Below are positions 26,301-38,400 of a stretch of DNA of 64,000 nt, one piece after another (the stretch's first letter is position 1; the number at the start of each line of letters is the position of its first letter). The notes below the pieces were generated by a model. That model was not told where the DNA came from. It worked only from the letters and a program-made list of their open reading frames with translations, and ran no database searches. The stretch comes from Octopus sinensis (Eukaryota): positions 23,622,001 to 23,686,000 of the forward strand of contig NC_043000.1 of the NCBI RefSeq assembly GCF_006345805.1. The letters are read 5' to 3'. The position numbers and the translations under genes are program-made.

Positions 26301-29300
26301 AAGAAAATGCACTTAGTACCCTCTTTAAAGTGGTTGGCCATAGGAAGGGCATCCATCTATATAAACCATGCCAAGTGACATTTACGAACACCAGTCTTCT
26401 GGAGCAATAGCTCCCAGTAAAAAATGACTCAGATCCTTTCAATCCAGGATGGAAAAGTGACCTAAAATAATGATGATGAGGAAGCAAATAAAAGGTGTCA
26501 ATTGCCTCAACCAATTAACATTTCCCCATCTAAGTTACTGTTTAATCTGTTTTTTTGTTGTTGTATTTCAGATAAGTTTATTAAACTATGAAGATGGTAT
26601 TCTTGATCAAGCATCTGTGATTCCAATGGTTGATGGTGGAACGGAAGGCTTCAAGGGTAATGCCAGGGTTATATTTCCAGGAATGTCTGCCTGTATTGAA
26701 TGTACTTTGGATTTTTATCCACCTCAGGTATGATTTAACATTTTCTAACTTGTTCCTTTTATTTATTTACTAGTAGTAACCAGCCCACTTATGCTTATAA
26801 CCAGCCTACTTATGGGTACCATTCCTTCATTGGACGCTAAACTCTGCTTGCGAAGACCTGTTGAGGCAAGTGAAATCGAATTCAATGACTGACATCTGTG
26901 CTAGTGGGGTGCTAAGAGCACCATCTGAGCGTGATCGTTGCCAGAGCGGCTAACTGGCTTCCGTGCTGGTGGCACATAAAAGGCACCATTCAAATGTGAT
27001 TGTTACCAGTGTCGCCTTACTGGCACGTGAAAAAACATTCGAGCGAGGTTGATGCCAGTATTGCCTGACTGGCCCCTGTGCAGGTAGCACATAAAAGCAC
27101 CCACTACACTCTCGGAGTGGTTGGCATTAGGAAGGGCATCCAGCTGTAGAAACTCTGCCAGATCAAGATTGGAGCCTTGTGCAGCTATCTGGTTCGCCAG
27201 CCCTCAGTCAAATCGTCCAACCCATGCTAGCATGGAAAGTGGACGTTAAACTATGATGGGACCCATGTATATTTCATGGAAAGAAAAAAATTAAGAGGAC
27301 CCATTTAAGAAAGAAAGAATGATTTGCATTTTTATAGTCTTCATAGTTTAGCCTTCTTTAAATATACTTGGCGTTTGTCCACATTCATTTCCTCATGTCT
27401 CAGTTGGTGTTGTCTTTTTTTCTCTTTTTATTATATCTTCTCCCTGTAACTTTCCACTATCAACACACCACTACCACCACTATCATCATCATCACTATAA
27501 TTTTCAGAAACAAAGCTCATTTCAGTTCGGCTGTTTGATGATGCATCTCAACACTTCTCTCTCGCCATCTTTTCTCTCATTCTTCGTGTCTCCCTTCAGC
27601 TGACCACATGACACATTTGGCCTAAGTGTATTAAAATTATTCACCTTTCTCTACTTCCTCCTCTCTTTCTCCACTCCTCTCTCTCTCTCTCACTCTTACT
27701 CCACTTCCACCTCTTTAATTAACTAAAGTGTAATGGGTGAATAAACAAGTAGATTATTATATAGATAATTTCTAACACCTGAGCCCCTCTATTCCAATCT
27801 CTGTCCATCTGCTACTCTCCTTTCGCATGCTTGCAAACTTACCCACTCCCTCTGTCATAGACTTCATCTGTTACCTGATAACAGATGAAGTCTACTCCAC
27901 AGCCTTGTCTGCATTGCTGCTGTGTTGTTGTTAGGCCCATATCAACCCTGATTGAACTGACCAAAGTCATTCTAGCCACAACCATATCATGTTTTCACTG
28001 TGCAACCATGATTATGCTGTCTATAGTATCCTCTTTTACAATGGTAGGGTCAGATTTGAGGGAGATTTAGTTGTTATTTCTAGCTAGTTCAGTGAGCAGA
28101 TGGTGATTATGTTATATGGTGACATGACTGTTGTATTCAGACATTGCTTTTGTCTTTTAAAAACAATAATCTTATTGAAATTATGAAATGTTTTAATTGA
28201 ACCCTTTTATCAATCCACCTGAGATTGCCCTTTGTTTTATGATACAAACTTCCAATTTTAAAGTGATTTAAATTAAAACCTTCCTTTAAAAATTCCTTTT
28301 AATTTATTTTCCAAACACCAACTTAATAATGACAAAAGTTATTTTAGTAAACAATTGCAGCATGGAAGGTGTTTATAAGCCATTTAAGAAACACACAAAA
28401 ACCGTAAGATTCACTTCAACATTTAAATTTAATTTGCCAAAATATTTTCGTCACTTTGAGACCGCAACCTGTTCACTGACAAAATTCCGTGCACCCCTTG
28501 CAATTCTTTCTGCCCTTGCAATCCCATTGTCAGTGAACAGGTCACGGTCTGAAAGTGATGAAAATATTTTGGAAAATTAAATTTAAATGTTGAAGTGAAT
28601 CTAACAGTTTTCATGTGTTTCTTAAATGGCTTATAAACACCTTCCACACTGCAATTGTTTTCATTCCAGTACACGATATCAGATCAGGTCACTTGCTATG
28701 CAAGTACATCGTAATTATTTTAGTAAATTTTTTATTTTCATAATTAATTGAAACTTAGGCAGTGTATTTCAACTGAGGTATGGTAACAACAGGGTTAAAT
28801 ACAAACACTTTAATAGAAGAGGTTTTGTATCTTAGAACTAAGGATTGTCTTTGGCTGGTTGAAACCCAAACCGTTAAAAATTTTTGTTATTTAATTTTCA
28901 TTTGATTTGGCTGATATTAATATAATCTTTTTATTATTGAAACTTTTAAAGTTGAATATTTTCCCATTTCTATTAAAATTCATCTGAGAAATTCTCAAAT
29001 AGAACTTTTTTTTATATATTCTAAATGTTATATTTTTACAAAGATTCCAATAAAAATCCAAAATATTTTTTCTTTTGTTTTAGATCAATTTCCCACTGTG
29101 TACAATTGCTCACACACCAAGACTTCCAGAACATTGTATAGAATATGTCCGGCTACTACTGTGGCCTAAACAGGAACCATTTGGAGGTAAACTTTTTTGC
29201 ATGCTTAAAACTCTTGGAGCAGGCATTTGGGGCGTTTTGTTATTGTATTTCTGCTAAAAAAACACTGGCTTTGTTTCAATTAGTTTTGAAGATAATGAAG

Positions 29301-32300
29301 AATTTGATAAAATAGCTTTGTTAATGTTAAGCTGATACTTGGGACAAATTAACCTTTTTGTTACTGTATTTATTTTGAGATGCTCTGTGCTTCTTTCAGT
29401 TACTTTAAATATAACAAAAAATTTAGCAAAATAACTTGGTTATCATTAAGCTAGTGTTAGAAACATAAATTGTGACTAAGGTTTGGTGGAAGATTTTAGT
29501 TCAAAACTTTTGAAAACAAGACATTTGTAGCCAGAGCCAGTTTCAGCTGGGTTGGTAACGAAAGGGTTAATGTGAAATTTTTATGGAAAGTTTTAATTTA
29601 GATCTAAATATGATGCTGGTGTCACATTACAAGCCCTGTACTTGTGGCACATAAAAGGCACCCTTTGAATGTTGGGCCTCATGGAGGCAATGATAAGTGA
29701 CCAAGATCTTGGGTGATATGCCATACTTGAGAAGACTCATCAAGCCAAGTGAAATTGTTGTTGTGGCCAATGCTGGTGTCGCGTAACTGGCAGCCATGCT
29801 GGTGGCACATAAAACGCACCCATTACACTCTCAGAGTGGTTGGCATTAGGAAGAGCATTCAGCCGTTCAAACCATGCCAAATCAAACTGAAATCTGGTGC
29901 TGTTCTCCATCTTACCAGTTCCAGTCAAACCGCCTAACCCATCTCAGCATGGGAAGCAGATGCTAAACGATGATGATGAATTAGAGACAGTCTCAGGTAT
30001 ATTGGTTTCTAAAGGATTATTGAATCAGTATGTATCATCAATTTGATGTTGGCTTTTTGGTAATTCTGTGGAAAATAGACATGATTGTTTTTAGAAGATA
30101 TACTTGTGCTGGTGGCATGTGAAACATTCGAGTGAGGTCATCGCCAGTGCTGCTGGACTGGCTCCTGTGCAGGTGGCACATAAAAAGCACCATTTGGGCT
30201 TGGCTGTTGCCAGTACCACCACACTGGCCCTCGTACCGGTGGCACGTAAAAGCACCCACTACACTCTCGGAGTGGTTGGCGTTAGGAAGGGCATCCAGCT
30301 GTAGAAACTCTGCCAGATCAGATTTGAGTCTGGTTCGCCAGCCCTCAGTCAAATCGTCCAACCCATGCTAGCATGGAAAGCGGACGTTAAATGTTGATGT
30401 TGATGATACTCTAGACGTTGCTCTACATTGAAGATTAATGCAGACGATGGGAGGGGAAAATATGAATTTTTCCACAAATACAGTACAGAATACTTAAACA
30501 TTACCTAAACTTGAACTTTATATTTATTTAAGAAATAATAATCATGTTATTTATATATTTCAGCGAATGTTGTAATTGATGGAGACGACCCACAGCATAT
30601 TAAATGGATTTATGAAAAGTCTTTAGACAGGGCAAATGAATTCAATATCCTTGGTGTCACATATCGATTAACTCAAGGTACCAGCAAATTTTATAGTTTT
30701 CTTTTGTAATTAATCAGTAGATTATCTTCTTTCCTATGCACTAATGGTCTTTCTGATTGTAAAATTGTATAATCTTCTTGTTACATGACCCATCTGAGAG
30801 TCATCATGTGACTTACTGTCACATAATGATACTTGGTAAACTTAGCCTTAGTGATTTTATTGGTGCCATCCAGTTTCTGTTGATAACACTCTTGGGAAAG
30901 TTATGTTATGTCCACTTCCATCTGTTTGATAGTACTCTGCTGAAAGCATCATCTTGACCACACAATATCAGTCAAGTAAATCACAAGATGTACTTCTTCT
31001 TTGATATTCTTTGCCATTTCTGTAAGAGTTAACCCACAATATAAGAAATGACATGAAAACAGAGCTTTAGTAGACATTTAATTTATCATGGCTGTTTTCT
31101 GCACCAGCTTCACATAGAAGCCCCAGCCCATCCAAGTGCCTTGGATCACAGGATGGCCTGCTGTGCTTGAGGAGACCTATTCAGTCAAGTACATCAACAT
31201 CAAAAAATTAAATGGAAATTGTAGTTGTGATACCTGTGCCAGTGGCACGTTAAAAGTATCATCCGTACGTGGCCGATGCCAGCCCCACCTTGACTGGCTT
31301 CCATGCCGGTGGCACGTAAAAGGCACCCACTACACTCACAGAGTGGTTGGCGTTAAGAAGGACATCCAACTGTAGAAAAACTGCCAGATCAGACTGGAGC
31401 CTGGTGCAGCCTCCTGGCTTCCCAGACCCTGGTCGAACCGTCCAACCCATGCTAGCATGGAAAACGGACGTTAAATGACAACAACGATGATGATGATGAT
31501 TCTTGATCTCGTTTTGGATTTGTTTGTCGAAAATGTCTTATCAGTGAATTTGCTTGTGTCACATCACTTTCTCATATTGCTTCCCTTCAACGTAGAACAC
31601 AACAGTCATAGTTCAGCTGTCCTAGCCTTTTAAATACATGTCTGCCCTTTGATATTGAAAACTTTTTCCCTGATGTCTCTGACTAATCAGTTTCTTACAG
31701 CTGAATTAGTCCTGCAATGGTTTAATTGCTGATAAGTTTGTGTTTGGAATGTTCCTGACTTACCTGAAGGGAAATTGTTGCAGAGCACTGTATAAAGAAA
31801 ATCATTTTTTTCTCTTTTATTGTACAGGTGTAGTAAAAAGGATTATCCCAGCTGTGGCCTCAACAAATGCTGTAATTGCAGGTAAATTCTCTTCTCTTGG
31901 ATGTTCTCTCATTTCATTTCAGTTTCTCTGTTATTTTACACTTTCTTAGTTGTATACCTTTTTATTCTTTCTCTTTCAAATTCTTCTCTATTTCATTTCC
32001 TCTTTTCTTTTTTCTCTCAACATGTCTTTTTGTACACTTTTTCTACATTTATATTACATTCCTTGTCCTACAGCCACAATATTTTACTCTCAAATAGTTT
32101 CTTGAATTCTCTCTTTTCCTTTCTGCTAAAATATTGAATTTTTAAACCAGTAAAAAGAGACGTTATATGAGTATCTTTTTTTTTCAAAATGAACATTTAA
32201 AAAAAATATAAAGTCTCTTCTATTTTTTGGATGTTCACTGTATCAATATTTTTGGATATTTTCAGCTGCTTGTGCTACAGAAGTATTGAAAATTACAACA

Positions 32301-35300
32301 AGGTGAGTTAAGTTATTTTCATCACTACCACCACCACCACCACCACCATCTTCATTGGATTTATAGATATTTTGAATAAGTCTAAGATATAATATATTTC
32401 TATGTGTTTTGGTTCTGCCAATTTTCTTTCAATGGAAAGCTCTATTAGGGAATTCTGTGGCGTTTAAAGTTAAGCCATAAATGACCCAATTGATAAGACC
32501 TGAGACAGCCAGATGAGGGCTTTGTAGTTTATATATTGTCATTGGTGCTGTCCAGCTAGTTCTATATAGATACTACAGTTGATATAATTTAGTACAGTAG
32601 GTAGTATTGGCAGTGGCATGTAAAAACCACCATCTGAACGTGGCTGATGCCAGCGCCGCCTTGACTGGCTTCCATGTCACTGGCATGTAAAAAGCACCAA
32701 CCGATCGTGGCTGCTGCCAGCCTCCCCTGGCACCTGTGCCAGTGGCACGTAAAAGGCACCCACTACACTCACGGAGTGGTTGGCGTTAGGAAGGGCATCC
32801 AGCTGTAGAAACACTGCCAGATCAGGCTGGAGCCTGATGCAACCTTTTGGCTTCCCAGACCCCAGTTGAACCGACCAACCCATGCTAGCACGGAAAACGG
32901 ACGTTAAACGATGATGATATGAAATTACACTGGCTTGCACTCCTGAGGTTTAATTCCCCACTCACAAAAGGAATTAAATGTTTCGGCAGAAGAAAACTCC
33001 TTTCCCACATTGATCTGTTCTCCACAAACTACTAAACAAATCATGAAGTTTCTCCTGTGTTCCAAGCGATATTGGAAAGCTTTGCATGAAGGACCTAAGT
33101 TTGTTGCTGTTATGCTTCACTGCCAAGACATAGACTACTAGCTAGTCCTCACTGAAGGGAGGTACTGCGATGGGATTTTTAAATGTTTCATGATGGCTAA
33201 GGAAAGCACAGGAGATATGTAAGAAAAAGTGGTTGGCGTTAGAAAGGGCATCTAACCATGAAAACCATGCCAAAATAAACCTCGCTGGTACTGGTGCCAT
33301 GTAAAAAGCATCCATTCCACTCTGTAAAGTTGGCATTAAGAAGAGCATCCAGCTGTAAAAACTGTGCCAAAACAGAGACTGAAGCTTGGTGCAGTCCTCG
33401 CCAGCCCCTGTCAAACCGTCAAACCTATGCCAGCAAGGAAGACGGATGTTAAATGATGATGATAATGTTGACGATTGAAAGAAGCCTTACACAGTCACTA
33501 TTTCAAGTATCATTCATATAAAATAATAATAATAATGAAATTATTGTATACAGTGCTCAGGTGCACAACTTGTCAAAAGTGTGTATAAAGTATATGCAGT
33601 AATGTACAAATGTCTGGGAAGTGATAAATGAAACAACTCAAAATAAAGTGATCAGGTGATAGTTATTGTTTCCAATCTCCTCTACATTTTCCTCAGTCTA
33701 CCTTACTTTCATGGTCTATTTGCCACAGAACATGCTCCTCATTCCTCCTCAACACATGTCCATACCACCACGCTCCATTCGCCCTTGCTAGCCATTTCAC
33801 CGATTCCTCCAACCCCAGCATCCTCCTCGTCAAACAGCTTCACACCACAGTCCTCTTATCAAACAGCTTCGATAATGTATCTGTTTTATACTTTTATTTT
33901 ATCCTAGAACTTTGTGATTGTAGTGTTTGTTTAGCTATCCGAGCTAGTGGAGCGCTAAGAGCACCATCTGCGCATGATCATTGCCAGGGCAGCTAACTGG
34001 CTTCCATACCGGTGGCATGTAAAAAGCACCATTCGAGCGTGATCGTTACCAGCGTCGCCTTACTGGTACTTGTACGGGTGGCACATGAAAGAACATTCGA
34101 GCGAGGTTGTTGCCAGTGCCGCTGGACTGGCTCCTGTGCAGGTGGCACGTAAAAAACACCATTTGAGTGTGGCCATTGCCAGTACCGCCTGAGTCGCCCT
34201 CGTGCCAGTGGAACGTAAAAGCACCCACTACACTCTCGGGGTGGTTGGCGTTAGGAAGGGCATCCAGCTGTAGAAACTCTGCCAGATCAAGACTGGAGCC
34301 TGGTGCACCCATCTGGTTCGACAGTCCTCAATCAAATTGTCCAACCCATGCTAGCATGGAAAGCGGATGTTAAACAATGATGATGATGATCACTAGTATC
34401 TTTTCATGTCTGATGTATGTAGCAATTACTTTTTTTTTCTTTTCCAGTTGTTGTATGCCCTTAAATAACTATGTCAACTTCACAGATACTGATGGAGTGT
34501 ATACTTATCCATTTGAAGCTGAGAAAAAGGTTTGTTGTAATTTATTTTCTTGCTAAATCATGTGTCAGGAACTAATTATCAATTAATAATAATCATTTGT
34601 TAATAACTTAAGTTAAAATAACCCCAAATTTAAACTAATTTTCATTGTATGAGATGCAGATATATTCCTGCACAATCAACCACCCATGACCCAGCAGAAC
34701 ATCCAGGGTGTGACAGGTAGAGAGGCAAGAGGACTACCCCAGCATTCAACAACTATCTATTACAGCTGAGTAAACAGGAGCAATGTGAAATGAAGTGTCT
34801 TGCTCAAGGACTCATAATACACTGCTCAGTCTGGAAATCAAATCTACAATGTTATGATTGTGAACCCAATACTACCCTAACCATAAGCTATGTACCTTAA
34901 CATGCACTGACATAGGTATATGAACTCAGAAGTTAGAGAGGAAACTTCTTGAAGCTAACGAAAAAATGTCCATGTTATTGATCAATCTTCATTCATTCAT
35001 TTTATGCCCATTTTCCCATATTTCCAAGTAAGGGATCCTTTATTTCACATGGTTTCCAAGACACAAAGTGACTGGATGATCTGTTAGCAATAGAAATTGA
35101 TGACACCACCACCAACCACTTTTTAATATAAACAGTCACAGATGCAAATACCCATTCACACACACACACAAAATGTCTTCTTTCATTTTCCATCTGCTGA
35201 ATTCACTCACAAGGTTTTGGTCAGCTCAAGTCTATAATGGGAGACACTTGCCCAAGGTAGGCCTGAACCTGAGACTATGTGGTTGGAAAAGCTAACTTCT

Positions 35301-35405
35301 CAAGCTCATAGTCATGCCTGCTCTTTGTAATAGGACGCACATAATTCAGTGTTTAAATATTTTAACATATTTGCAATCTTCTAATATATTAATGAGTGTA
35401 ATGTT

Positions 35406-35443
<38 letters not shown>

Positions 35444-38400
35444 TACATATATATATCTAAAATGTTCAAAATCATTCAGTAGGAGGGAGTGAGAGAAAGA
35501 GTAGTATAAGTGAAGGGAAAGGAGAGAAAATAGTAACTCAGTGAAGGAGAAGTAGTGAGAGAAAATAGTAATTCAGTGAAGGAGAAGTAGTGAGAGAAAT
35601 AGCCATAACTGACAGGGACTGAGAGAAAGTAATAGCAATGAGAGAGAGGAAGTGGTGAAGATAGTGTCATGTTCACCATGCACACATATATTTATGTATA
35701 TATATCTTATAATAAAATGGAAGATATGCGTGTGTGTGTATAGGCCTTTTTCTTGATCACCCTTAAAATCAATATTTTTCATCCGATTTTGTTCACACTG
35801 GGAACATACATCACTTATGTTCCAGAGATGGTCATAGACTCTTCAAACTTTCCACATAATGAGTAATGCTGCCCCTAGTGGACAAAAACACCTTCTCATA
35901 GGTAAATAACAAATACCAATGATCATTGCTTCAAGGGACATTACTCTTGATGACACAGTTTTGCTACTTTCACTTCGTCTTCTACTACAGTTTTTACAAT
36001 GCTCATTCACTGCAAACTGCTTATATTTGCACATTAGCATTTCCTTGAAGTAGCCATGCAGTTTAAATCAACTTTTAATTATTTTTTAAAAAACTTTCAG
36101 CAATTAATCTATATTATATATATATTCTCTGCTTTTACTCATACAAAGTTGTGACAATTATACAGTTGTTACAATGCGTGAACTTCACTTAAAAGTTCCT
36201 CCTACGCAATCTAAATACACCCACACTATGCAGTGGAACTTGCCTTGTGGTCAAACAAATAATGGAACACGACAAAAATGATACCGTTTTTATTCCTAAA
36301 AGCTGCTAATCTCAACAGACTGCCCTTACTCTAGGTGGAGATTTCAGTTACCTCTCAAACTCAGCTTCACCATAACAATTAACAAAGCACAAGGTCAGTT
36401 GTTGAAAGTTGTCAGATTGGACCTTCGAACATCATGCTTTTCACATGAACAGTTCTCCATCAGTTGTTCCAGAGTTGGCCATCCAGATAACTTATTCATC
36501 TATGCTCCTGAAGGAAATACCAAAAATGTTGCCTGCAAAGCAGCCCTACACTAGTTACACCTCTACTGCAATCTTCACGTCTATGCCAAACTGTAGCCAT
36601 TAGCAATCAGACTTCCTACAAGCATTTCATTGACATTTTGCTTCATTTCCATGATTGCTGTTAACAGTACATTACCTTCAATGACCCTTTTCCTTTTATG
36701 CATGCTGTAAGAACAAAAGTATTCAAATTTTTTTTAAGTTAATAAACCAAAATACAAAGCATTTACCTAACCCCAAATTAATGACTTTAAACTTTGTTGT
36801 ATCTCAGTAGGTTTGTTATACTAATAGTAAAAATATTACTCTGGTTCTATTTCACTCCTTGTGGTTAACTATTAAACCAATTAACCAATCTTGGACACAT
36901 CAGTTCCTGTCAAACCATCCAACCCATGCCAGCATGGAACCTCATCATCATCATTTAATGTCCCTTTTTCTATGTTGGCATGGGTTCAATGGTTTCACTG
37001 GAACTGGCAAGACCAGGAGTCACACCAGATTCCATAGTCAGTTTTAGTTTGGTTTCTCCAGCTTGAAGCCCTTCCTAATGCCAGCAACTCTACAGAGTGT
37101 ACTGGGTGCTTTTTATGTGGCACCAGCACAGATGCTTTATTACGTGGCATAATGATAATGATAATAATTATAATGAATGGGTCAGTGAATCTATCATCAG
37201 CAAGTCCTATCTTTGCTATTCTTCACAACCACATCAGTGACATGCTCTTTCTCTCTCAGTTTACTCCAGATCTGCTTCAGTATAGAAAGGCCATATCGCT
37301 GATGAGGTTACGAATAGTGTCAAAAGGACTTTGACAGATCTAGATGATTGATTGATTGCCTGAACAATTAATCAAATAATCAATTAGTTAATTGGTTAAA
37401 TAGCTAATGAATAAACTAATAACAAAAGATGTGAAATATAATCAGTGTATGTGTTTATTATTGGCATAATGACCCACTCAAGATACAACAAAATCTGTTT
37501 CAACACGCTGCTTCACATCAAAACTCTTGCAAACCAAATACAAAAATGAAATATCCTTAAACCATTGACTGACACATATTAACTTGTCTTAAATCTCTTA
37601 GAATCAAGAAACTATATCCTAAAAATTTTCTCCTTGTCTTTTTAGTTCTTTTTCCAAATGCTGAAGTATTAAAATTTATATAACTTTAACCTTTTCATTA
37701 ACATATTTATTTTCAGATCCTTTGTGTTTCTTTCAATTATTTTAAATATAAAAGAATTTAGTTAAATAACTTAATTATCATTAAAGCTGGTGTTAGCAAC
37801 ATAAATTGCGACTAAGGTTTGGGAAAAGATTTTAATTCAAAACTTATGAAAACAAAGAGGTTTATACTACAGAGCCAGAGGTGGTTTCGGCCAAGTTGGT
37901 ATCAAAAGAGTTAAATGATGCCCCAATAGTTTTAAGGAATCTGTTTTTTATGGTTATTTATTCTGCTCTTGGATGGTTCTGTCTGTTTTTTTTTTTGTTT
38001 TTTATATTAAATTAGTTATATATTTGCCTCTGTTTCTATTTCCAGGAAGACTGTCTGGCTTGCAGCCTCATCCCACAGACCCTGACTTTTTCTGAAGACA
38101 GTAAACTACGGGATATTTATGATTACCTTATAGAAAGTGCAGCATAGTAAGTTTGTTTTATTTCAATATAATGCAATCCCCTTTAATAAAATACATGACT
38201 GGTCTTGTGCTGGTGGCACATAAAAAGCACCATTCGAGCATGGTCGTTGCCAGTGCCACCTGACTGGCCCTCGTGCTGGTGGCACATAAAAAGCATCATT
38301 TGAGCGTGGTAGTTGCCAGTGCTGCCTGACTGGCCCTTGTGTTATAATCAGTGACAGGTGTTGTACTATTATTGTCAACTCCTCAAATGAACAAAGGAGA

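Larger units (their letters stand above)
26840..34390 (+). mobile_element. Run of + family A copies (about 26840-27255, 29630-29980, 30105-30410, 31135-31500, 32600-32920, 33220-33470, 33945-34390)
   Basis: Shared hairpin cassettes, core taggaagggcatccagctgtagaaac and (GAT)n tails. More + copies at about 40100-40480, 44500-44890, 45650-46010, 46655-47020, 48975-49290, 53065-53372, 57950-58300 and 62770-63070; - copies at 56510-56810 and 61010-61480. Confidence 0.85.

Noticed and set aside
26900-27110. Repeat-spacer-like cassette arrays resembling CRISPR
   Set aside because: The variable parts are homologous to each other and recur in dozens of dispersed copies, no cas genes are present, and the context is a eukaryotic LINE UTR.
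28329-28674. Two similar ORFs on opposite strands
   Set aside because: Artefact of the palindromic element.
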